A stretch of DNA of 46,541 nt from a virus (lineage: Duplodnaviria; Caudoviricetes), in IMG/VR virus record IMGVR_UViG_3300023100_000002, positions 1 through 46,541 of that record. One strand, written 5' to 3'. Below the pieces are notes generated by a model, which was not told where the DNA came from, did not search any database, and saw only the letters and a list, made by a program, of their open reading frames with translations. Positions within the stretch are counted from its first letter, which is position 1. Each line of letters opens with the position of its first letter. Position numbers and translations under genes: made by a program. Shown piece by piece: positions 35,625 through 43,698 of this stretch.

Positions 35625-36055
35625 TACCAATTTCCTCGCTGCTTAATGAACGGGATGGTATCGGAGTCGAAGTCATCTACTGGGTTATCCGTAGCCCGCT
35701 GCGGACGCTCCCGCTTGGGCGCACCGCCACGCGAACCGCCAGAGCCGCCGCCTTGGCCTTCTTGCTTTCCGCCAAGCAGCTTCAATTCCGACAGGTTCAG
35801 CGTTAGATATGTCTTCCCTTCATGCTCGCGCGTTCCAATGTCACCCTCAACCAAAACCTGGCTACCCTTCGTCAGATACTGCGCGAGCTTCTCGTATCGG
35901 TCGCCCCAACCAGACACGTCAAGCCAATAGGTCTTTTTATTCTCTCCCCAGCCGGTATCGAATGCAGCACTGAATCCAGTAACAGACTTTCCGCCTTGCG
36001 TGGAGCGGGTCACTGCATCCTTGCCAATACGGCAAACATCTTTGAAGTTGCTCAC
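35624..36055 (-). CDS. ssb: Single-stranded DNA-binding protein
   Basis: OB-fold motifs (YLTKGSQVLVEG), Gly-rich linker, DDFDSDTIPF tail; start GTG 36055. Confidence 0.93.
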   Translation of the reverse strand: MSNFKDVCRIGKDAVTRSTQGGKSVTGFSAAFDTGWGENKKTYWLDVSGWGDRYEKLAQYLTKGSQVLVEGDIGTREHEGKTYLTLNLSELKLLGGKQEGQGGGSGGSRGGAPKRERPQRATDNPVDDFDSDTIPFIKQRGNW

Positions 36056-36693
36056 GGCGTCATTTCCTTTTTCAGTGCGGTACGAATCTGGCTCGGCAGA
36101 CGCGTCCAAAGCGCAGTCTTTTCGTCATTATCGATTTCCAGCGTCTTGATGTACTTGGCTGCATCGGCTGCTCGCTCTACGCCAAGGTCAATGATGTGGT
36201 CTGCATGATCCTGCAAGAACGCCTGAGCCTCTTCACTCATGGATTCCCACACCCCAGTTGTCGGCGTAACCTTCGCCGCTGCCGATTTAGCCTGCGGCTT
36301 GCTGTTGTGCGCGGCAGACTGGCCGTCATCATCTTCCTGTGCGATCCCTGCGATAGCAGCAGCAGAGTATCGGCGCAAATAGGTAGTCGCCGCCCCTACG
36401 CCCTGAGCGTCCGTCTTAGCGGGCTTGCATGAGGCGCGGGACGTAATGTATCCGCCTGCCTTGTGGGCAATCACAGTGGATACGCTCACCACCTCGCCAT
36501 CAAACTCCGTGGACTGGATGATGCTCAATCCCTCTTCGCTGAAAACTGGGCGAACAGTGTTAAGAACCTCTGCCAAGTCCGCATAGTTGCTACGGAAGTG
36601 TGGGTTCTGTGCATTTTTTGTTGCATTCTCAATCTTCCCCTGTGCAGCGCTGATAGCTGCAAACAACTCAGGATTGGCGTTGCTAGTGTCCAT
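36052..36693 (-). CDS. erf: ERF-family single-strand annealing recombinase
   Basis: NPHFRSNYADL...GAATTYLRRYS...EDDDG. Confidence 0.93.
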   Translation of the reverse strand: MDTSNANPELFAAISAAQGKIENATKNAQNPHFRSNYADLAEVLNTVRPVFSEEGLSIIQSTEFDGEVVSVSTVIAHKAGGYITSRASCKPAKTDAQGVGAATTYLRRYSAAAIAGIAQEDDDGQSAAHNSKPQAKSAAAKVTPTTGVWESMSEEAQAFLQDHADHIIDLGVERAADAAKYIKTLEIDNDEKTALWTRLPSQIRTALKKEMTP

Positions 36694-36785
36694 TAAAACC
36701 CCTCATAGTCATCAAAAGGCCAGCTAGTCTCATAGCAAGGCACGTCCGGCTCGTTCGGACTCGTTACGTCCGGATACTCATCCAT
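36693..36785 (-). CDS. 30-aa acidic peptide (not in track)
   Basis: AGGA RBS; TAATG coupling to erf. Confidence 0.45.
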   Translation of the reverse strand: MDEYPDVTSPNEPDVPCYETSWPFDDYEGF

Positions 36786-36787
36786 GC

Positions 36788-37009
36788 TTATTCCTTTGTC
36801 TTCTTGTATCGCGGGTCCCAAACACTGTAGTCACCCTTCAACTCAGCAAGCTCCTCAAGATATGGAACCATTTGCTTGATTAGATTGCACATATGCCAAG
36901 GAACTGCACCGGCACTAGGATTCGCAGCATTTCGTCCATAAGCAATTAACCCCTGAAGCGTCAGCGGGTCTACTGGCGTAACACCATCTGGCGGTGAATT
37001 ATTTCCCAT
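36788..37009 (-). CDS. Hypothetical protein
   Basis: ORF with likely ATG at 37009. Confidence 0.6.
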   Translation of the reverse strand: MGNNSPPDGVTPVDPLTLQGLIAYGRNAANPSAGAVPWHMCNLIKQMVPYLEELAELKGDYSVWDPRYKKTKE

Positions 37010-37029
37010 CCTATCTATCCCTCTCAAAG

Positions 37030-37164
37030 TGGTGGAGCTGACAGAGGTGATCCCATCGTGACCGTCCGCCTACATCCCTAGCAATATTCCGCATCATCGG
37101 GTGCCTGAAGTCCCAAAGGTCTATTCTTCAGCCGCATCGCCGGTCACCATACGGCATTCGCTCC
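37030..37164 (-). ncRNA. Putative CCA-terminated structured RNA
   Basis: 5' GGAGC pairs with 3' GCTCC-A-CCA; internal helices; TACGAT 6 nt upstream of G1. Confidence 0.55.
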
Positions 37165-37184
37165 ATATGCATCGTACAGCTATT

Positions 37185-37352
37185 TTACCTTGCTTCCGTC
37201 TCTGTAGATGAGACAGATCGTTCTGCCCCAGTGCTTATTTCAAGACGCTTACATTCGGGGTTGCTGTCATCGAACTTAGCCGAACACTTAGCACCAGCCA
37301 GCACGATCCCAAGCACAATACCCCCTACGAGAAACCAATACTCCCTTTTCAT
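37185..37352 (-). CDS. Small membrane/lipoprotein-like protein
   Basis: Hydrophobic N-terminus followed by Cys. Confidence 0.6.
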   Translation of the reverse strand: MKREYWFLVGGIVLGIVLAGAKCSAKFDDSNPECKRLEISTGAERSVSSTETEAR

Positions 37353-37636
37353 CACTTGCCCCCGATGCAAATCAGGTAAACCTCAGTTTCAAAGTCAGTC
37401 GCGGCATTGTCGCGGTAAATGTCGCTGCTGTAGCGAGGTTCCATGTATGCCAGCCGCACAATCGCCTGAATTCCCTTGTTATCCCCTGCAATCTCCATAG
37501 CCTTGACGATGGACATGCCAGATTGGCGCGCCTTCATTACCGTCTTTGCAAGATCAGCAGCGGGCCCGCAGTTGTTGCTAGCGCTCGCACCGAACGCCAT
37601 GCCCATCATCAATACTGCTGCAATAAAAACCTTCAT
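37352..37636 (-). CDS. Secreted/periplasmic protein
   Basis: Signal peptide MKVFIAAVLMMGMAFGASA; paired Cys; MKARQSG motif. Confidence 0.75.
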   Translation of the reverse strand: MKVFIAAVLMMGMAFGASASNNCGPAADLAKTVMKARQSGMSIVKAMEIAGDNKGIQAIVRLAYMEPRYSSDIYRDNAATDFETEVYLICIGGK

Positions 37637-37755
37637 CACACCCCTCCAATCCAAAGGTACCCAATCCCGATCAAGCCAAGTGCCAGAACTGCCATAGCCA
37701 TCGCACCACCAACATAGATAATCTCATCCAGCATGATCGGCCAGTTGATCTTCAT
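37636..37755 (-). CDS. 39-aa membrane peptide (not in track)
   Basis: Coupled at both ends; one TM. Confidence 0.55.
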   Translation of the reverse strand: MKINWPIMLDEIIYVGGAMAMAVLALGLIGIGYLWIGGV

Positions 37756-38075
37756 GCCTCACCCCGTGCGCGGGCGAGCGCGGTAGCGAAGCGGTCGCGC
37801 TCCCGGCGGCGACGCGCTTGGTAGTTTACGTTCCACTCCGCCTCATCGTCCCAATATTCGCCAGCCAGATATGCTGAGCTGGCCTCGATCAGCTCGGCGA
37901 CTGCGGCGCGGGCTTCACGCACACGGCCACACTGGACTCGCGTCATGAGAGTAGTTCCCTCGGCTAATTCATCCATCACCGCCAGAGCATCGATTCCAGC
38001 ATCCACGGCTTTGTGATCCTCATCTTTATACAGCCTATGATCGAGCGGCAGAACACCGTTGTATCGATTGCTCAT
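37752..38075 (-). CDS. Hypothetical protein
   Basis: EARAAVAELIEA...ALARARG motif; GGAGG RBS. Confidence 0.75.
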   Translation of the reverse strand: MSNRYNGVLPLDHRLYKDEDHKAVDAGIDALAVMDELAEGTTLMTRVQCGRVREARAAVAELIEASSAYLAGEYWDDEAEWNVNYQARRRRERDRFATALARARGEA

Positions 38076-38359
38076 CGCTGATTCCTCCGATAGTCAGTCA
38101 TCTCCAACTCAACATCCTTGCGAACGTCCGCCGCCAGCTTCACCAGATCGCGCAGGGCATGGATATGATGCTGCGGCACCTCTACTGCGTTGCTGAGCCA
38201 GCGCAGCACGTCATCTGCTGCCGCGACAGCCTGGACCATCTCGCCAAGCGCTCCCGTGTCATTGGCGAACTCTGCTGCCACTACCTCTACGGCGTCCGTC
38301 CAGCGCTCCTCGTTCGTGTCCGGAGCATCATCCTTTCGCGCCACATGCCAGTCTGCCAT
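38072..38359 (-). CDS. Hypothetical protein (first gene of the leftward operon)
   Basis: GGAG RBS. Confidence 0.7.
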   Translation of the reverse strand: MADWHVARKDDAPDTNEERWTDAVEVVAAEFANDTGALGEMVQAVAAADDVLRWLSNAVEVPQHHIHALRDLVKLAADVRKDVELEMTDYRRNQR

Positions 38360-38399
38360 CTCTACTCTCCCAAGGGCCTTGGCCCGTCTCGATGTACAG

Positions 38400-38469
38400 A
38401 CTATCCTCCAATTCCATCATCTGATCAACATCATTCATGAGTATGATCCGTTCCATTCTTGGAACAATG
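38400..38469 (-). promoter_or_regulatory. Repeated promoter module copy in the divergent control region
   Basis: Minus strand CATTGTTCCA...GATGTTGATCAGATGATG...GATAGT. Confidence 0.5.
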
Positions 38470-38499
38470 AAATGCCAATATTTGGGGTAAGGTAGACCC

Positions 38500-38736
38500 A
38501 TGACGAAGCAAGTACGACCACCAGTAGGGTGGATGGACCTAAGGGGCGGGGATAGCATAAACACCCGGATCGTGAAGCACCGGCTAGACATTCATCTAGC
38601 CACGATGAGAGAGGCGGGATTCGATGTAGATACAGAAGAGACTAAGCGCGGCTACAGAGTCATTGTGAATCGGTCGCCGCATGACAAACCAGTTAAACCA
38701 AAACTCAAATTACTGAAGGGTGGGAAGGATGAATAA
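38500..38736 (+). CDS. Hypothetical protein (first gene of the rightward operon)
   Basis: AAGG RBS; basic. Confidence 0.65.
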   Translation: MTKQVRPPVGWMDLRGGDSINTRIVKHRLDIHLATMREAGFDVDTEETKRGYRVIVNRSPHDKPVKPKLKLLKGGKDE

Positions 38737-39031
38737 GTATACAAAGGGTCCATGGCAGGTGCTTCCGGAGGAGATGGGTAAAAGATATCTGCGAGTTCGC
38801 GGAACTCAGCTTGGGCTGCGCTACAAAATTGCGGATGTTCGGCATGTTGAATACGAGGGTGCGCCAGAAACAGAAGTGCAGATTACTAAAGCCAACGCCC
38901 GCCTGATCGCCGCAGCGCCGGAGCTGCTGGAGGCGCTGCAAAGGCTCGTTGATGCGGTCGATCCAGAGTCAACTGGATGGAGTGAGGCTGTATCTGCTAT
39001 CCAGAAGGCAGTAGGAGATAGCAATGCCTGA
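38729..39031 (+). CDS. Hypothetical phage protein
   Basis: YTKGPW...ANARLIAAAPELLEAL family motif. Confidence 0.8.
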   Translation: MNKYTKGPWQVLPEEMGKRYLRVRGTQLGLRYKIADVRHVEYEGAPETEVQITKANARLIAAAPELLEALQRLVDAVDPESTGWSEAVSAIQKAVGDSNA

Positions 39032-39392
39032 CCGAAGCGAATACTGGCGCGAGCGTAGCGCCAAGCGTCGTCAAGATCCGGCGTACAAACAAAAGCAAGC
39101 AGAGTGGAATCGTGCTTGGCGCGAAATTAACGGACAAGACGCGGTGCGAAAAGCTAGGAAGGCAGAGCAAATGCGCGGCTACCGAATAAAACATGCTGAA
39201 CGTCATGCCGCACGCCTTGCTGTTCGACGTGCAATCCAATCTGGCACGCTTGTACGGCAGCCTTGTGAACTATGCGGCTCGAGCCCTACGCACGGGCATC
39301 ACGACGATTACAGCAGGCCGCTACATGTTCGCTGGTTATGTCCGAAACATCACCGTGAGCACCACGCCAAAGCCACCGGAGAATCAGCATGA
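39024..39392 (+). CDS. HNH-like zinc-binding nuclease
   Basis: CELC...HGHHDDYSRPLHVRWLCPKHH. Confidence 0.8.
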   Translation: MPDRSEYWRERSAKRRQDPAYKQKQAEWNRAWREINGQDAVRKARKAEQMRGYRIKHAERHAARLAVRRAIQSGTLVRQPCELCGSSPTHGHHDDYSRPLHVRWLCPKHHREHHAKATGESA

Positions 39393-39541
39393 GCCTCGCA
39401 AAACGAATGCTCAGCATCACAATCGACCACTGCACCGCATCGGCTGGCTATCGCCGCAAGCGCCGTGAGTCGAGCGTCGGAACTATCGCCCTATGGGTAT
39501 GTGTCGCGGCTCTTGTAGTCGCCTACGTTGTTTTTAAGTGA
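39389..39541 (+). CDS. 50-aa protein with C-terminal TM (not in track)
   Basis: ATGA coupling; GGAG RBS. Confidence 0.55.
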   Translation: MSLAKRMLSITIDHCTASAGYRRKRRESSVGTIALWVCVAALVVAYVVFK

Positions 39542-39551
39542 GGAGAGAGGA

Positions 39552-39743
39552 ATGAAAGTTGTTTTCAAGATCGCAGCAGCATGGGCCGCAATTTTTTTCA
39601 TAATTTACGTGGCAGGAAGCTTCACTGCCGCTAGCTTCAATATTTCGGAGTGGACATATGCGAGCCGATCTCTTTGCGGACTATTTGGCGCGGTAGGCGC
39701 TGTATTTTCCGGCGTAATTCTCTTGACTATTGAGGAGAAATGA
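39552..39743 (+). CDS. 2-TM membrane protein
   Basis: GAGG RBS; hydrophobic. Confidence 0.7.
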   Translation: MKVVFKIAAAWAAIFFIIYVAGSFTAASFNISEWTYASRSLCGLFGAVGAVFSGVILLTIEEK

Positions 39744-39952
39744 CTTTGGACTTCGCCGACCAGGGCAGTGAGTTCCAAGAGTTGGACCTGCAATTGGCCC
39801 TTCGCCAACATGCCAGCCGTTGCCAGAAGCCTATGCCGCATCCTACCTGTGAATTCTGTGAAGAGCAGGATGTGTACGTTTTCTCAAATGGGGCGAAGTG
39901 CCGGTACTGCTTTGACTGCCGCACTGAACTTCTTTTGGAGGGTGTCAAATGA
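39740..39952 (+). CDS. TraR/DksA-like C4 zinc-finger protein
   Basis: N-terminal DFADQG (DxxDxA-like) helix plus CEFC...CFDC. Confidence 0.7.
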   Translation: MTLDFADQGSEFQELDLQLALRQHASRCQKPMPHPTCEFCEEQDVYVFSNGAKCRYCFDCRTELLLEGVK

Positions 39953-40245
39953 AAATTGATGGAACCGAAGTGATGGAGAACTCGGCTTGGGCCAGTGTTG
40001 CCTACTCCGCTGCGAAGAAGATCATCGCCCGCAAGTATCGGGCCAAGTCATTCCTCAGCGAAGAACTGCTGAAGGACATTGTGGCTCAGGTCGGAGAGCC
40101 GTGGGACAAGCGAACCATGGGTACTGTGATCCGTGGCCTGAACTGCGATGGGCTTATCATCCGCTGCGGCGCTGCTGGGGCTAAGAGCAGCAATGGGAGC
40201 CTCAAGCCGGTTTGGATCAAGGTTCCAATGTGGAGTAAAGCGTGA
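39949..40245 (+). CDS. Hypothetical protein (possible wHTH)
   Basis: GGAGG RBS, ATGA coupling. Confidence 0.7.
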   Translation: MKIDGTEVMENSAWASVAYSAAKKIIARKYRAKSFLSEELLKDIVAQVGEPWDKRTMGTVIRGLNCDGLIIRCGAAGAKSSNGSLKPVWIKVPMWSKA

Positions 40246-40436
40246 TCCGGCTATCCGACGAACAGGCTAAGGAAGTCATCCGCCAAAACCTGGCGGGTGT
40301 ACCTCGTGAATACCTAGCAGAGCGCACGGGATTCAGCTACTCATGCATCAAAGCTCTGTGCGAGGGAACTAACCGCTCTCATCTGCTGAGGGATGTTGAG
40401 GAGGAGAATTTTAAGGATGAGGGGAAGATTGGATGA
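40242..40436 (+). CDS. Small HTH protein
   Basis: GVPREYLAERTGFSYSCIKAL. Confidence 0.65.
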   Translation: MIRLSDEQAKEVIRQNLAGVPREYLAERTGFSYSCIKALCEGTNRSHLLRDVEEENFKDEGKIG

Positions 40437-40783
40437 GCTATTGCCGCTGGTCAACTGACGACCATATGTGCGATTTGTATGTGTACGATTCCGTCTCTGG
40501 CGGTATCGCAATTCATGTTGCTGGCAACCGTCTGATCTACAAGGAGGCGCTTCCTGATCCTGTCAGTTATCTAGACATTGATGCCTTCATGGCACGCCAT
40601 GCGAAGGTCAATCAGATGATTGATGAGGCTGATCGGGTGGACATTGATCTTAAGTATTCTGGCGAGTCGTGGGATGGGCTTAGCAATGATATGGCTATCG
40701 ACGTGCTGATTGAGCTACGCCAGCTTGGCTATCGGTTTCCTGAGCATGTTATAGGGATGATCCAAGAGGAAGATGATGCGTAA
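40433..40783 (+). CDS. Hypothetical protein
   Basis: MSYCRWS...DLYVY family motif. Confidence 0.8.
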   Translation: MSYCRWSTDDHMCDLYVYDSVSGGIAIHVAGNRLIYKEALPDPVSYLDIDAFMARHAKVNQMIDEADRVDIDLKYSGESWDGLSNDMAIDVLIELRQLGYRFPEHVIGMIQEEDDA

Positions 40784-40789
40784 CCCCAC

Positions 40790-40813
40790 GCCCCTCTAGA
40801 CAGAGGGGCTTTT
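40790..40813 (+). terminator. Intrinsic terminator
   Basis: GCCCCTCT-AGAC-AGAGGGGC-TTTT. Confidence 0.85.
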
Positions 40814-40831
40814 GTTTGGTCTACTATGTCA

Positions 40832-40988
40832 GCCAGCGTTCTGCGTTGGCCCGGTTGGCAAGCCGGTTATAAATAAACGGAGCAAGACCTCAGTAGTGGT
40901 GGATTGTGATAGGACCCCTTTGGTCCCATGACCTCTCCTCCGTTGGGGATTGCCTCCTGTTGGCAATCCACCACTACTGAGGTTTTCT
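40832..40988 (+). promoter_or_regulatory. Structured leader with a 20-bp inverted repeat covering the downstream RBS
   Basis: 40887-40906 is the exact reverse complement of 40964-40983, which contains GAGG before ATG 40989. Confidence 0.75.
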
Positions 40989-41426
40989 ATGTCTGATGAC
41001 ATTGTTTCACGCGCCAAAGCACTCGCCTATCGCGCTCACGCAGGCCAGGTAGACAAGGCCGGTCGCCCCTATATCGAACACGTCGCCCGAGTGGCAGCAG
41101 CGGTCAGCGATGATCCGGTGGCTGAGGCTGTCGCGTGGCTGCATGACGTTCTAGAGGATTGTGACGAATCTTTCGGAATGGATATTCGGCATGGATTTTC
41201 CATTGGCGTCCTGAAGGCTGTATACGCCCTGACGCGAACCGTTGGCTCTGACAGTAACGCCTACTACTGGCGGATTAGTAAAAATCGCTTGGCCCTGCGC
41301 GTAAAGCTGGCCGACATTGCCGACAACTCATCCGAAGAGCGGCTTGCGCTGCTGGATGAGAAGACGGCTGCACGCCTGCGCCGGAAGTACGCTAAGGCTA
41401 TCGCTGCTTTTACTGGTGAAGGCTGA
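40989..41426 (+). CDS. HD-domain hydrolase, (p)ppGpp hydrolase/Mesh1-like
   Basis: AHAGQVDKAGRPYIEH, AWLHDVLED, VKLADIADN. Confidence 0.85.
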   Translation: MSDDIVSRAKALAYRAHAGQVDKAGRPYIEHVARVAAAVSDDPVAEAVAWLHDVLEDCDESFGMDIRHGFSIGVLKAVYALTRTVGSDSNAYYWRISKNRLALRVKLADIADNSSEERLALLDEKTAARLRRKYAKAIAAFTGEG

Positions 41427-42427
41427 TGGCAAATCCTTGGTTCCGCATGTATTCGGAAATCATTGACCACGAGAGCATTAGGCTCTTGTCTTTTGAAGAT
41501 CGGTGGCATTACGTTGCCCTCCTGTGTTGCAAGAATTCAGGGCTGCTCGATAAGGAGCAGGATCAGTCCATGATGATGAGAAAGCTAGCCGTAAAACTTG
41601 GATTGGCTAAGGCTGAGCTTGATTCCGCACTTCTGCGTCTTTCTGAGGTCGGTTTGATAACGATGCCTGAGTGCCAGCCTACCTCGTGGGAAAAGCGGCA
41701 ATATCTTCCTAATAAGGGCTTGCCAGGATCAGAAGACTCCGCCGATAAGAGGTGCTATGTGTACTTCATTGGTGAGCAATCTAGTGGGCGCGTGAAGATT
41801 GGGTTTTCTAGGAATCCATGGGCACGCCTTACTAACCTTCAAACGGCGAATAGCTCCAAGCTTGAAATTCTTTGTCATCTTCGCACCAATGGTGTCAGCG
41901 AGTCGGAAATTCATCGTCTACTTTCGGGGCACAGTATTGGTGGGGAGTGGTTTGTAAACGAAGGCCTAGTGTCTGCTTCTATTGCGGCTATCAAGGCCGG
42001 TAAGGTTTCTGATGCATCTGCGCTTGAGGCTCTTCTAACTAGCGGTGCTATTCTAGATGTAGCAAAATCAGTAGCTGCTACGGTAGCTGCTACAACAGAT
42101 ACAGATACAGATACAGATACAGATACAGATCAGAAGAAGAAAGCTTTGGCGTCGCCTACCGGCTCTCGCTTGCCCGACGACTGGACTCCGCCAGAAGAGT
42201 GGCTGGCATGGGCAAGGTCAGAGAAGCCGGGGATCAATGCTTTGCAGGAGGCAGATAAGTTTAAGGACTTCTGGCATTCCAAGGCTGGCAAGGATGGTAG
42301 AAAGGCTAACTGGCAGGCTACGTGGAGGAATTGGATTCGCAATTCTCGGCACACCAATGGTTACGCAAGTTCGGGATATGGAAACAATGGCTCATCTGAG
42401 CCGATTCGTCGGAGGAATGAACTTTGA
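41426..42427 (+). CDS. Replication initiator with internal GIY-YIG (T5orf172-like) domain
   Basis: N-terminal PWFRMYSE; YVYFI...KIGFS...GEWF; (TD)n linker; C-terminal NWQATWRNW; upstream of dnaB. Confidence 0.8.
   Translation: MANPWFRMYSEIIDHESIRLLSFEDRWHYVALLCCKNSGLLDKEQDQSMMMRKLAVKLGLAKAELDSALLRLSEVGLITMPECQPTSWEKRQYLPNKGLPGSEDSADKRCYVYFIGEQSSGRVKIGFSRNPWARLTNLQTANSSKLEILCHLRTNGVSESEIHRLLSGHSIGGEWFVNEGLVSASIAAIKAGKVSDASALEALLTSGAILDVAKSVAATVAATTDTDTDTDTDTDQKKKALASPTGSRLPDDWTPPEEWLAWARSEKPGINALQEADKFKDFWHSKAGKDGRKANWQATWRNWIRNSRHTNGYASSGYGNNGSSEPIRRRNEL
42095..42130 (+). repeat. (ACAGAT)6 tandem repeat encoding a TD linker
   Basis: Six exact hexamers. Confidence 0.95.
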
Positions 42428-43698
42428 GCGTTACAGCTACATTTGCAGAAGAGGCGGTGATTGGCGGGCTTCTGCTGGATAACATGCGGTTTCACGACAT
42501 TGCGTCATTGGTGTCGGAATACCACTTCACTTCACCGACCCGTAAGCGCCTTTTCTCGGCCATCAAGTCGCGGGTGCTGGCCGGCGAGCCAGCCGATGCG
42601 GTTACGATTGGCGAGGCTGACGGCGACCTGTTCACGGAAGCGCTAGACCTTGCCAGCACCACCCCGTCTGCGGCCCAAGTTCCAGCCTATGCCAACATCG
42701 TCCGGAACAATTGGCGGCGGCGTGAGGTGGTTCAGATTGCGTTGGAGCTTTCGGCTGGCGCACGGGCTGGCGAGGATGATGCGGTGGATTCGGCGATTGG
42801 CCGACTGCTCTCGCTCAATTCTTCGGTTACCGATTGCGAGTACACCGGCAAGCAGGCGATGAAGCTGGCATGGGAAGCCATTTCCTTCGCTCACGCCAAC
42901 AATGGAAAGCTTCCTGGCATTCCGACTGGATTGGTTGAACTGGATGACATTCTTGGGGGCTGGCAGAACAGCGACCTGACCTTGATCGGCGGACGGCCTG
43001 CAATGGGTAAGACGGCCTTCATCGGCGGTCTTGTTGAGGCTGCTGCTGAGGCTGGATTCAAGCCGGGGTTCTTCTCTGCGGAACAGCCTGCCGTGCAGAT
43101 GGCATTGCGTCGTGTGAGCCTCCTGAGCCGCGTAGCAGCCACCAAGCTGCGTAACGGTAGCTTTGACGATGAAGACTGGCCGATGCTCACAGCGGGGGTG
43201 CAGAAGGCCAATGAACGCGATCTAATGATCTACGACCGGTCGGCAATCACTCTGGATGAGCTTGTAGGCGTTTCGCGCAAGTGGGTTCACAGCCATGGCG
43301 TAAAGATCATCTTCATTGACTACGCACAGCGGATCACGGTTCCTGGCGCTGACCGGACTCAAGAGGTTGCCAGTATTGCCCGTGGCCTCAAGAACCTTGC
43401 CCGCGACCTTGAGGTTCCGGTGGTAGCGCTGGCGCAGGTTGTGAAGGGTGTGGATAGCCGGACTGGCGACAAGCGCCCGAACGCTGGTGACTTGGCGAAC
43501 AGCGATGAACTGACCCGAGAGGCCGATCAAATCCTGATGCTGTATCGGGATGAGGTCTACAACCCTGACTCGCCTGACCGTGGATTGGCTGAAATCCTGA
43601 TCGAGAAGAATCGCCACGGCCCGACCGGGTTCAAGAAGGTCAGGTTTGAGGCTGAGACGATGGCCTTCCAGTCTTTGGCGCGAGAGCGAGACTTCTGA
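42424..43698 (+). CDS. dnaB: Replicative DNA helicase DnaB-like
   Basis: GIPTG...LD, GGRPAMGKT, IFIDYAQ, KNRHGPTG. Confidence 0.97.
   Translation: MSVTATFAEEAVIGGLLLDNMRFHDIASLVSEYHFTSPTRKRLFSAIKSRVLAGEPADAVTIGEADGDLFTEALDLASTTPSAAQVPAYANIVRNNWRRREVVQIALELSAGARAGEDDAVDSAIGRLLSLNSSVTDCEYTGKQAMKLAWEAISFAHANNGKLPGIPTGLVELDDILGGWQNSDLTLIGGRPAMGKTAFIGGLVEAAAEAGFKPGFFSAEQPAVQMALRRVSLLSRVAATKLRNGSFDDEDWPMLTAGVQKANERDLMIYDRSAITLDELVGVSRKWVHSHGVKIIFIDYAQRITVPGADRTQEVASIARGLKNLARDLEVPVVALAQVVKGVDSRTGDKRPNAGDLANSDELTREADQILMLYRDEVYNPDSPDRGLAEILIEKNRHGPTGFKKVRFEAETMAFQSLARERDF

Noticed and set aside
37030-37042. attP matching a tmRNA 3' end
   Set aside because: Only about 11 nt of match, no integrase in the genome, and the sequence is explained by pairing with a local 5' GGAGC
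40845-40885. Twister ribozyme (CCGGTTGGCAAGCCGG resembles P4)
   Set aside because: The conserved UAA cleavage-site strand and pseudoknot partners are not present
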